This document shows, one piece after another, positions 38,491 through 49,060 of a stretch of 64,000 bases of DNA. How positions within the stretch are numbered: the stretch's first letter is position 1; every line of letters starts with the position of its first letter. The translations under genes were made by a program, and so were the position numbers. The stretch covers positions 62,001-126,000 of the forward strand of contig JABLTG010000026.1 in assembly GCA_016618085.1 (NCBI GenBank), read 5' to 3'. The notes under the pieces are model-generated. The model ran no database searches. It was not told the origin of the DNA and worked only from the letters and a program-made list of their open reading frames with translations. This DNA comes from Neovahlkampfia damariscottae. Lineage: Eukaryota.

Positions 38491-39180
38491 ATGAACACAT
38501 ACTGGCAACAAGTCTTTGGAAATGTTGAAAAATACCACATAGAACTGAACTCCAAAACTGAAAAGACTCCTATTCCAGAAAAGCTCTATTCACCTATCAA
38601 GTACACCTTAAATCAACAGTTGAAGTTGATTCTTGAAAAAGATTGTAATCTTCTTTATGTTGTACAACTGGTAAACTCAAAAACAAATGAAGAGATTTTC
38701 AAAAATGGAAAAAGAGTCTTACAAGGATGTCAAAGTTACAATACACTAATCTATGATGGTTCAACTGACGACTTCACAGCAAAAGAAAAGCTTCAAATAA
38801 CAGACTGTACTTATCATCATGGTGCAAAGTTTGTACTTAAGATAAGTTACTTTATCTCAGTGGATATCATTAATCCTATTGCTGTTATTGCTTCACCACC
38901 ATTTGATGTTTATGCCAGAAAACCAACTGCAACAGAAAAAAAAAGAAAAAGAGAAACAAATGAAGAAACAAAAGATGGAAAGAGATTAACTACAAAAAAG
39001 AATAATCTGGAAAAGTTTCGCTCACTTCTTGATGAACTTGTCAAATGCAAGGAAGGTTTATCACAAGAAGAAAAAACTATTGCTATTGATGAACTCAAAA
39101 TGAGAATTGAACCAATTGATGATACTCTTTATTTTGAAGACGTTTTTACAAACTTGGAATTCGAATCACTCCTCGAATAA
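38491..39180 (+). CDS. Putative Ig-fold DNA-binding protein (velvet/CudA/RHD-like)
   Basis: Beta-rich core ending IASPPFDVYARKP, followed by NLS-like KKRKR and acidic tail; family assignment is inference. Confidence 0.45.
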   Translation: MNTYWQQVFGNVEKYHIELNSKTEKTPIPEKLYSPIKYTLNQQLKLILEKDCNLLYVVQLVNSKTNEEIFKNGKRVLQGCQSYNTLIYDGSTDDFTAKEKLQITDCTYHHGAKFVLKISYFISVDIINPIAVIASPPFDVYARKPTATEKKRKRETNEETKDGKRLTTKKNNLEKFRSLLDELVKCKEGLSQEEKTIAIDELKMRIEPIDDTLYFEDVFTNLEFESLLE

Positions 39181-39300
39181 ACTCAACAAAAAGAAACAAA
39201 AAGAAAATTCAAACAAAAAGAAAAAAAAGAAACAAAAATTACAAAATTTACAAAAAGAAACAAAAATCAAAATAACAAAAAAAAAGAAAAGAAAACAAAA
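39181..39300 (+). repeat. A-rich low-complexity tract (AAACAAAA/AAAGAAA units)
   Basis: Directly visible after the stop at 39180. Confidence 0.7.
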
Positions 39301-39998
39301 ATTACTTCGACCATTACCTCTGTTCTGACAGAAGAAAAACAGGAATAATAATTAAAATAACTGTTGAATATGCTTTGACAGTTTCTGTTGAACGCAGAAG
39401 TTCACAGGTGAAGGAATCGACGACAATTATGGAGGAAGAATAATTTTTGGCCACAATGGTCATCAAGGGTACAGCTTGTCTGGAAGTATAAAAATAAGCG
39501 TCTTGGTGCAACGCGAATTCAAAAAGGAATTCTAGTGAAGATGGAGAAAACAATATTTGTTGCTTCAAAGAATGAAGAACAACAAGCAAAGGTCTGGTAA
39601 ATATTAGGAATGCGTTGAAATTCTTGTTGGAATTTCAAAGGTTTGTTGAACAATTGTTCATTAAAAAAAGGTGAGAAAGAGAACAGAAAGGTAACAATAT
39701 TTATTTTTTTTTTACATTTGATTTTTCCTGGTTGAAAGGAAATACCATTTTTTGAATTCAACATTATTGATTAGTAAGCTTTCATGTTAATCCCTCATTA
39801 TTTTTCAGTTCAATTCAAATGTTGAATTCAAAATTCGGAATGAAACGGAATTTATAGAGTGCTAAAAATAACTAAAAAATTAGCGGTTAGTTAATTGACC
39901 AATTAGACATTTAGTTATTTTTAGATTTCCTTGTTTCAGATTCTTCTATTTATATTGGTTTTCTTTTGCTTGAATATTCAAATTGAAAAACATTGCAC

Positions 39999-40424
39999 AT
40001 GACAAAACGTGAAAGTTCACCTGAAGAACCAAGTTTACTTCAAATTAACAAAAATAATGTCGTAGAAATAAGTTGTAGATGTTGTGACTACAAAGTTAAA
40101 GATTATAGCAATAAACATTGTATAAAATGTGGAGGTGCTTTAGAATGGTTATGTAAATGTGGTGCAAGAAGAAGTTATTCAAATTTATCAGTTCACTCAT
40201 GCGCGAAAACAAGTAAAAGACAAAAATTAAAAGAAAAATTTGCTGCAAAAAAGAAATTAGTCAAGGAAAGAATTCAACAAGAAATTGTGAAACCAACAAC
40301 TGAAATTAATTTAATTAAATTATCACCACCAAGAGTAGTAAACATGGAAAAAGAACATAGTCCAATAGATACTTCAAAACTTGATGTAATGAAAATTGAA
40401 AATTTATTATCTGCTGAAGAGTAG
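39999..40424 (+). CDS. Small Cys/His zinc-binding protein, possible transcription regulator
   Basis: CRCC..CIKC..CKC..HSC; basic region; C-terminal MKIENLL. Confidence 0.55.
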   Translation: MTKRESSPEEPSLLQINKNNVVEISCRCCDYKVKDYSNKHCIKCGGALEWLCKCGARRSYSNLSVHSCAKTSKRQKLKEKFAAKKKLVKERIQQEIVKPTTEINLIKLSPPRVVNMEKEHSPIDTSKLDVMKIENLLSAEE

Positions 40425-40428
40425 GATT

Positions 40429-41092
40429 TTAATCAGAATCATCATCTGATGAAGAAACAATTCTACCTACATCCTCACCATCTTCAATTGCACCAAGTGG
40501 AGAAGGTTCATCTCCCATACTTTAAAAATGTAAAATAAAATTATTTGGACTTACTCTAATAAATTTGGATCCAAACCTTCTGCAATCATTTTGTCTTTAA
40601 TTGATACATCAGGAACACCAACTCTTAACATTTTAAAATAAACACTCAACCTTGGATCATTTTTACATAACAGAACATTTTCATCAACTTGTGGAGGAGG
40701 TGGTGATGGAGCATCATCAGTATCATTTACCTCAGGTACTGTTTCAGTGGTTGTCTATTTTTTAGTTAATAGTTAGTTACTTGTGTTACAGTTTCATTTG
40801 TTTCATTTGTGGTTGGAAGAGTGCTACTTATAGTCGTTGGAGTCTGTGATTCTAAACCTTCAATAGAATTTAATTTTGATTCTAAAATTTCTAGTGTTGT
40901 TTCTAATCGATTCAAGTCATCTCCAACTTGATTAAGTTTGTCCTCACAATTTACCGCAAATTTATTCATCATTTCTGTTGTGCTTACAACAAAAGCACTC
41001 ACCAAATCTAGTGTTTGACGAAAAGGTATTGACCTGGTGTCTTCTAAATCTTTCTTATTTAAATTTTTTTTGGAAGGTTTTGTCTCGTTCAT
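40429..41092 (-). CDS. WASHC3: WASH complex subunit 3 (CCDC53)
   Basis: MNKFAVNCEDKL..LETTLEILESKLNSI; DPRLSVYFKMLRVGVP..EGLDPNLL; introns 40755-40780, 40520-40554. Confidence 0.9.
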
Positions 41093-41211
41093 ATTTTTTG
41101 ATTCGTTGATTTTCTTCCAAAATTTAAAAAATTATTTTAAAAAATAGTTTTGATTTTGAAGTGAAATTATTTATTGACAATATTTATTTCTATAATTATA
41201 TTGGAGTCTTT

Positions 41212-42171
41212 TTAAGATTTTCCTCCATAATCTTTTTCAAGTTCTGATGACTGAACAATGTCAAGTAATTCTTTTTTGTTTGAAAATTTAACTTTTTGTT
41301 TAACTTCATCAATTAGTCCAACAGAAATCAAATTCCAAAAAGTTGAAATCGAATTTGGATAATTTACAACATGAACGGAACCTAATGTCTCTGGAAAATG
41401 ATTTTGAAATATTGAAATACCAACTCAAACCAACCAACATCCACATTTAATAATGATACATTCTAAATAAAAAAAATAAATTAAAAATTTGAAAAACAAA
41501 CTGATAAATCAATAATGTAAGTTAATTTTTTTGAACTTGATAATTTCATTGCTTTTAAGTTTATATGAGCTAAATATTTCAATTTTTGAATATCATTAAT
41601 TTTTGATAGTTTTTTTGTACTAAGTTTCAAATATATTACTGGTCTCTTTTTCTTATCAAAACCATTGATGTACAACATTTCTAATTTATAAGCTTTAATA
41701 AATAGTTTACCTGACAATGATAGATTAACATCTTTTATTTGTTAATTCTTTTCAATATTTCAAGTTACCATTTTCTTCAAAAAGTTTAATTTCCCTTATC
41801 CATAGAATTGTCTTCATTAACCTTGAATGCTTCATTTACATCCATTTTTTCAGAATTTAAATATCTTTTAAAAAAATTAAAAGAAATTTATTTTGCAACC
41901 TTTTAAAAGTTAAATTATTTTCACAAAATTCAATTTCTTTTTTATCAAAAATTATATCTTTAAACTCTTCAAATTCTTCAATAATTTCAATAGAATCATT
42001 TGGTTTTGTGTTTGTATGAATTTTTAAAACGTTCTCACCAAAACTTTTATATAAAAATTCTTTTTCTTCTTCTTGTCTTTTCACTTGTACAAAATCATTA
42101 TCAACCACAGTAATAGGTAAAGAACATGATCTATCACTTGTTTTTTTTTGTAGAGATTTGTTCAACTTCAT
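41212..42171 (-). pseudogene. CRAL-TRIO/Sec14-like lipid-binding gene with two apparent frameshifts
   Basis: GFDKKKRPVIY, IIDLS, FQNHFPETLG, YGG; introns intact but frame breaks near 41822 and 41425. Confidence 0.6.
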
Positions 42172-42210
42172 TGTTAATTTTGTTGTTTGTGTTTATCCAA
42201 TCAAAATATT

Positions 42211-42927
42211 TTATTCTTTTTCTTCTCTTAATTTAATGTAATCAATAATTTCTCTATTTTCTAATATTCTTCTTTTTGATATATTTGATAATCCAAATTC
42301 TAACATTGCCTTTCCCAATTCCTTTGAATTAACAAAATAAAATTTTCTTAATTGTTTAAAGAATAAAATGTTATAAAATTTTTTGACATTTTCATTTTCA
42401 AATATAATTTTATCATCCTTTAAATCATAAATAAACCCAGGTTTAAAGATATTCAAATTTTTGAACTTTAATTTTCTTAAAAACTCTTCTGATTCTTCAA
42501 AATTAAATTCTGATTCTTTTGATAAATAATTTCTCAATTTTGTTGATTTTTCACTTTGAAAGTTAAATGATAATTCTTCATCATTATTATCATTCAAAAT
42601 TTGTGCAAAATTTTTGAATTTTTCAATTGAATCTTTTTTTAATTCATCTTCTGAATAGAAACAAATATCTTTTGATTTGAATTCTTCTTCAATAGGTTTT
42701 AAATTTAAAAAATCATCATGTTGTATTTGTCTAAACTTTGGATTGAGAATATCAATTTTTTTTGATGAAATTAATGTAACTGAAGCAACTTCAGAATTTT
42801 TTATGGCTTCTTTGATTATTTGATAATTTATTTTTGAATTTCCATTTAAAATTACATTTTTTGTATTTTGAACAATTTGAGTTTTTGTTATTACTTCAAA
42901 AGGATCAACGTGTTTGAGTATTTCCAT
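42211..42927 (-). CDS. Divergent NAD(P)-binding Rossmann-fold protein (atypical SDR/CC3-like)
   Basis: VTLIS, HDDFLNL, FKNLNIFKPGFI, ELGKAML, ILENREI; glycine-rich loop degenerate. Confidence 0.55.
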   Translation of the reverse strand: MEILKHVDPFEVITKTQIVQNTKNVILNGNSKINYQIIKEAIKNSEVASVTLISSKKIDILNPKFRQIQHDDFLNLKPIEEEFKSKDICFYSEDELKKDSIEKFKNFAQILNDNNDEELSFNFQSEKSTKLRNYLSKESEFNFEESEEFLRKLKFKNLNIFKPGFIYDLKDDKIIFENENVKKFYNILFFKQLRKFYFVNSKELGKAMLEFGLSNISKRRILENREIIDYIKLREEKE

Positions 42928-42968
42928 TGGATGATTCTTCTGATTGGTTAAAATATTTTAGGGAAAAA

Positions 42969-44678
42969 CTAAAATTTATTGATATTTTCAGATATTTCAT
43001 CAATAAATAAATTATATTTTTCATTCCACATTGTAAACAAATCATCTTTTTCTTTTTCATTTAAACCACTATATTCTATTGAATTCATTGCCAATTTTTT
43101 CATTGATTTAAAATTCAAATTCCAATAAATTAAAGCAGCATAAAAATCATGAGTAACACCAGAATATCCAAATGATGCAGGATCGTCTGGACTCAAAACT
43201 ATAGGAATTGAATTTGATAGATATCCTATTCAAATTTAATTAGTTAATATCTTACCAATGGCAGGATGATTTCTTAAATCATGAATATAACCTAATGTAC
43301 TATTTGATATAGGACATATTTCTAAACAAATATTCTTTTTTTTAATCAAATCATAGAGTACAGGATATCTGAATAAATTGTATCCATGACCAATTCTGAT
43401 TGATCCATCAAGTAAAACTAAATCAAATAAATTTTCAACTTAAAAAAAAAAGAATTACATATTATTAGAAAAAAAGAATTACCTGGCCAAACAGATTCTC
43501 CACCATGCTAAGTTTTTAAAAATTAGACCAATGATATTACAAATCTAAATTTGAAATCAATTCCTTCTTTTTTTGCTTTTCTTCTTATTTTTAATGCATC
43601 TTTAATGTAATGTTTTGTATCAAATGCATTTTTATGATCTTCTTGACCAACAAGATCAAATCCGACAATAAAATCTTTAAATTTTTTTTGTAAATCAATG
43701 GACTGATTCATATGCTTTTTAACATTATTTGTATCAAATACTCTATAATGTTCATCAATTAATTTCATTCCCAAAAAATTTGATTTATTTTTTTCGACAA
43801 ATTCTTGGTTCAATTTAAAGAATTCACCAACATGTTCTTCCTTTGAATATTTCTTTTCTAAGTCATATAAATTACCTAAAGGAACATTAGTCTCAAGATA
43901 TTGAACATTATCTTCAACCAATGAATTCATTACTTCATTAAAAACTTCTTTGAAAACAGGTTTGTACCATTTCAAATCATCTGTCATGAAAAATGTATTT
44001 TGAAATTTGATCCATCTTGAATTTGGATCACCAATACAATCTTCTTTTGTTAATGTCCAATTATTTATTAAATCTTTGTTGAAGTTTTCGACATTGGATG
44101 ATTTATTCCTTAATTCTTGAAGTGATTCAAATCCTTCAGGTTTTTTGTCTATCGGAAAATATTTGATTTGATTTTTGACAAAATGTGGGTTTGAAATATT
44201 CATAAAACACTTTAAAATTGATTAAATTAGTCTTTTGTAGTTGGTTTTGTGTTACTTCTTTTTGATTTGTCAAATTATTTACTAAATTGTCGACATTTGG
44301 CATGGCTAAGAAATGTGAATGTAATATTGAACCCTATATTATTAATTAAATCGATGGAAACTTTTGGAAATTTTTTCAATAATTTGAAAATTGATGATTG
44401 TTCAATTTTTGGTTTTCTTTCAAAAAAATTAATTTCAGAAGGATAATAGAATTCCTTTTTTCCTTGTTCTATTTCTTCTTTTATCAATTTATCAAACAAA
44501 TTGCTCACCTAATTGTTAAGACCATGTAATTTTTTTTTACTTTTTGTTCTTTTGGAGACAGTTTAACCTTTGATTCAAATCTTAATTCATTTGATTTTTC
44601 AATTAACTTTTCTCTTTTTGAAAAGTAATTGTAGCTTCTTTGAATGGTTATTCGTTTTTTTTGGAGCAATGAATTCAT
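42969..44678 (-). CDS. ADA2: Adenosine deaminase 2 / ADGF family
   Basis: PKGSILHSH, GFDLVGQED, FHGGES, RIGHG, EICPISN, LRNHP, SPDDP; six introns. Confidence 0.9.
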
Positions 44679-44755
44679 GATCAAAATGATTGGATAGGAG
44701 TCTGCTTTGAATAAAAAATCTTTTTGTTGAGTACATTCAAACTTTATTGAAATTA

Positions 44756-46496
44756 CTAAAAATTGTCAATTTGGAATTTGTTTTTTGATTTAATTTCAGA
44801 TAGTTTTTGGGTATGATAAATTTGAAGTAACTTTGGTAAAAATTCAACTTCTTCTCTAAGGGTATAAAACAATTGTTGATCACGAAAAGGTTGATCACAA
44901 TTTACTGAATCAAAGGCTTTTAATTGACGAATAGATTCTCCAAGAACTGTTGCACCATATCTATCTAAATTTAAATCAGAATAATTCTTCAAAATCCAAT
45001 CAATCACTTCATTACCTGCAAATACGTCTTTTAATATTCTGAACTTGTGAATTCTATTTTTGATAGTAACATAATTTTCACTGTGCTTCCCAAATGCTGT
45101 GTCATAAAATTTTTTCACAAAAATAGCGTCATTCACTGATGCATGAACTTTCTTGAAAATAACAAACTTCTTTGTCATTTCTGTCGTAAATTCTTCATTG
45201 GAATCTTCGAAATTTTGAGAAGTGAATTTGAATATTTCCTTATTATCGGATATATTTCTATCTGGAATGGAATTATGTTCTATAACACCAATATCAACTA
45301 AACATTGTAAATTTAACAAAATTTCTTCTGAATTCATTTTTGGAAATGAATTTTGTTTTGAGTTCCACAATTCAATCGCATCAATTCCTTCACAGATCAC
45401 AAAGCTGGATAATTTTCCCATCTTCAATTTTACAATACCTCTACTAATCATAAAATCAATGATATCTGATAAAAATTGTTTAAACTTTTGTTAAAATTAA
45501 CTATTCACTTACTTCATCATTTTTCAATTTTATGATGAAAAAATCTCTCTTCCATATTGATAAATATTTTGAAGAATTTTGATTGAAGTTGAAATTTTGA
45601 TTTTTTATTGAATCTTCTTCAAGAATTGGACTATCTAAAGGGGTATCAACAGAAGAATGTCTATTAGCAAACATTGTTTTTGTTCTTGGACTGTTTCTCA
45701 ATTCTCTTGGTGATTTTGATTTTGGTGTTAAATCTTCTTTGATAGTTGTCAGATGTGAATATTCTTGTAATTGTGCTTTGACTTCTTTAACATTGAAAAG
45801 ATCTTGAAAATTTTTGATAAAATATTTCATCAATAATTTTGATTTTTCTGATAAATCTAAATAATTTTTTATAGCTAAATTGCTGCCTTTAACAAGTCCT
45901 GTTTTTTTTAAATCCAATCTGGTTAAATTGATTGAAAACAATAATGCTAAATGTTCAGTGCTTGTTTGGTTAATTGAATTATTTGAGTAAATGTCATATA
46001 AAAAAGCTAATAACAGACCAAGTGATCTATATTTTTCATCAAACAAATCAGTTTTTATCATTTTTTTAAATTTCGAATTTCGTTCAGACCTTTCAAGATT
46101 TTCATCTATTTTTTTAATAATTTTTTTCTACCTTCCAGGTATTTGATATATTCTGTTATATCATCAAAAAGTGGTTTTCTTGAGTCATGAAAAATTCTTT
46201 TCAACAATTCACATACCAGGTCAAAGTCTCTTTCTTTGCACTGAAATTATTGTTAAATGAAGAAAAAAATACTGAAGAGAATCTAAAATCATCTTTTTGT
46301 GTTTTAGAAATTAATTCATCAACTTGTGTCATTTTTTGTGGCATTTTGAAAATTCCAACTTTTTTTGAAGCCTCTGTTTATATTAATAAGAATAATATCA
46401 AAATATCAAACCATATTCTTTCAACCAGTTGATGATTTTACATTGAATAATTATTGTTTCTTCTGAGATTTCTCGACCAAAAATTGCGAACCTCAT
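44756..46496 (-). CDS. Degenerate RhoGAP + two DEP domains
   Basis: IFGREI, GIFK, LLKRIF...PLF, HLALLFSINL; DEP FAGNEVIDWIL..PFRD..FY; introns 46374-46411, 46241-46272, 46106-46131, 45485-45512. Confidence 0.7.
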
Positions 46497-46609
46497 GTTT
46501 GCAAAAAGAAGAAGAAACAAAGAATTTGATTGGATGTCCAACAGAAGAACAAAAATAGAATAATATTTTGTGGAATTAGAAATTTTTATTTTTTGGAAAC
46601 TCAATTACG

Positions 46610-47005
46610 ACTGCTTCATTAAAAGGTGTAGAATATATGAAGCATTGAAGAATTAATGAATGTAGTGGATTTTTCATTTGAATGTTCAATATGTGACGAA
46701 CCACCTGGCAAAAATTAATAAAAATAAATCAAACATGATGTGTGGTGATGTCCAAATATATGATATCTTGGTTTTACCTTCATGACTTTATCCAACAAAT
46801 TTTTACAACCATTATTTCCATCACAAAAACCAAAAGGCATTCCATGAGTAATCAAAACATCAATATCATTTGGAATCAATTCTAACTATTCCTTTAATTC
46901 ATTTGAATTTCGGTTTTTTTGAAATGCACGATTTTGTGATTTCCAAGTTAACGAAATTGGTGATCCAAAGAATCTGACACCTTCAATCACAGCTGAATTA
47001 TTCTT
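46610..47005 (-). pseudogene. Truncated MPPED-like metallophosphoesterase remnant
   Basis: IEGVRFFGSP..IPNDIDVLITHGMP..KPRYHIFGHHH; in-frame TAG at 46886-46888; N-terminal half absent. Confidence 0.72.
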
Positions 47006-47039
47006 TGACTTTTCGTGCTTTTCGTTATTTTAAATATTA

Positions 47040-47420
47040 GTTTTGTCGATTTTCATTTGGAATGGGTTATTTTCATCCTAAAGCAACAGACATTCCTGAA
47101 TTATCACAACAAGATACTTGCGAAGTTCAAATGAAAAATTTCGGAAAAATTTGGAAAGAACAAAAGAAGAAATCACTTTTAACGAACTCTTTTGAAAAAT
47201 AATATTTGGAGAATAGTGGAATCTGGAATAATTTGCTTTACAGTACTTTTAATTCAAATAACAACACCTATTTTGCTCAATAATTTTTTCAAATTTCTTT
47301 CAGATGCATTCAATGGATGGAACTGGTCAAATATCAATAGGTATCGAGTTAGCTTGCTCAATTTTCTTTCTTTCTTTGCTCAAAATCACTCTGGAATGTC
47401 AATATTTTTTGTAATATTAA
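47040..47420 (+). pseudogene. ABCC/MRP transporter N-terminal fragment
   Basis: GYFHP..DIPELSQQD..FGKIWKEQKKKSLL then frameshift to RTLL..LLIQITTPILLNNFFKFL (L0 plus first TM pattern). Confidence 0.5.
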
Positions 47421-47507
47421 TATTACTAAAGAAAAGTGTTCTCGGAAGAAGTGATGTCAGAATTAAAAATGGATTGAAATCACCTCAATATCAAGAATTT
47501 ATTGAAA

Positions 47508-49023
47508 TTATTTTAACGCAAGAGAATCCATATTAGCAACACCTGAAGCAACACCACCATCTTCATGATGTTCTAATTTTGTTCTCAATAAATATCCAGC
47601 GTATTCATTTAAAATGATTTTTTTTTCATCACCCAAGAAAGTACCAAAAATACCTAATTCACTGACAGATTTACCAGATATAATATTTCCTTCTCTTAAC
47701 ATCATTGAATCAAATGGTAATGGTTTAATTTTTTGCATTAAAATATACTCTTTTCTTTGTTCGTTTGTGATTGTTTCTAAGAATTTCTTCATTGCATCAC
47801 CGTGAACTAAATTACCACCACCTTCTCTTTGAGGTTTTACAACATATAAATCAGTATTCTTAATTGCTTTTTCAATCATTTCATCATTATTTTCTAAATC
47901 CCAAATTCCAGTGAAAACTTCTTTTAAAAGAGCACCTTCTTCTTTTGTGACATACTTTTCTAATAAATCTGTTTTTGTTAATAATTGTTGTATTTTTTTT
48001 GTTCCACATAATTGATATGCAATTGAAGGACATTTAATAGCAGTTGATCTTTCAATCATTAATCTTGACTTCCATTCATTATCAGTTGGATAATCATTTG
48101 GTGTATATCCGGCTCTAAAATAGAAAACACTAATCACTTTTCCATTAAATGTAATTTCATTTGTTTCTGAATTCATTTCACATTTTTCAAGAATTTCTTT
48201 GAATGTTAATCTTTGAACTTGAAGTTGATATTTTTCCCATAAGTAATGTTCTAAATGTTTTTGATCTCCAATATTTCTTTCATGTTCTTGAATAACAAAA
48301 ATAACAATATCACTTTAAAAATTGTTAAAAAATTATTCAAATAGAAAACCCTTTTCCAAATGAGTCATGTGCCACTTTAATTGAATCTGGTACATCATTA
48401 TATGAATTTGATAATTCAATTTGATGATTTTCATACATTTTATTGATACATGGAAATCTTTCAGTGATATATTTGTGAAGTTGATTAGTTTTTGATGACA
48501 TTGATCCAAATCCAGAAGAAATCATATTAATTTCAACTTGATATGGGATATGAACATCTTCATTTTTATCATAATGAAACATATAATCAGATCTATGAAT
48601 TCCAAGATATTTCTTTTGTTTTATACCTTCTTTTTGGATAGTTTCATAAATGTTTAATAAATTTTTGAGAAATTCATCTGACGCAGCAGCACTTTCATGT
48701 TTTTAATATTTTCTTTTTTTCTTACTCTTTTAAACTTGAATGAATAAAATCAAAATCTCTAGCAACTCTATCACGACATAAAGACATGATTGGCATGATT
48801 AATTTCAATTTCTCAAATGTTTTACGGTTCAACTTTGAAGGAAACATCGTTGTTGGAAGGGCTATATATAAATGGTTCGAATCTGTTTCGTTTTTTGGTG
48901 CTTTCATTATTATTCTATTTAAATAGTGAGTTATTAATATGAATTTTTGTACCCATTTGTAAGTTCATAACTTTCAATTGCTTCACACAATTCTTCTAAC
49001 TCTGTTGTTGTAAAAATTTTCAT
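47508..49023 (-). CDS. GSS: Eukaryotic glutathione synthetase
   Basis: LGIHRSDYM, QVEINMISSGF, YFRAGYTP, KPQREGGGN, SELGIFG, GGVASG; introns 48915-48952, 48692-48725, 48313-48349. Confidence 0.95.
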
Positions 49024-49034
49024 TTCTTGTTTGA

Positions 49035-49039
49035 CCAAT
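49035..49039. promoter_or_regulatory. CCAAT box in the 37-bp divergent GSS/XPC spacer
   Basis: TTGACCAAT, the same motif found upstream of nearly all genes. Confidence 0.7.
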
Positions 49040-49060
49040 AAGAACAACTCCGCATCTTGA

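Noticed and set aside
46886..46888. In-frame TAG as a sign of stop-codon reassignment
   Set aside because: TAA, TAG and TGA all terminate intact genes here, and this locus is also truncated
14930..49023. Glutathione (GGCT, GSS) or lipid (desaturase, elongase) gene clusters
   Set aside because: Members are over 30 kb apart and separated by unrelated genes
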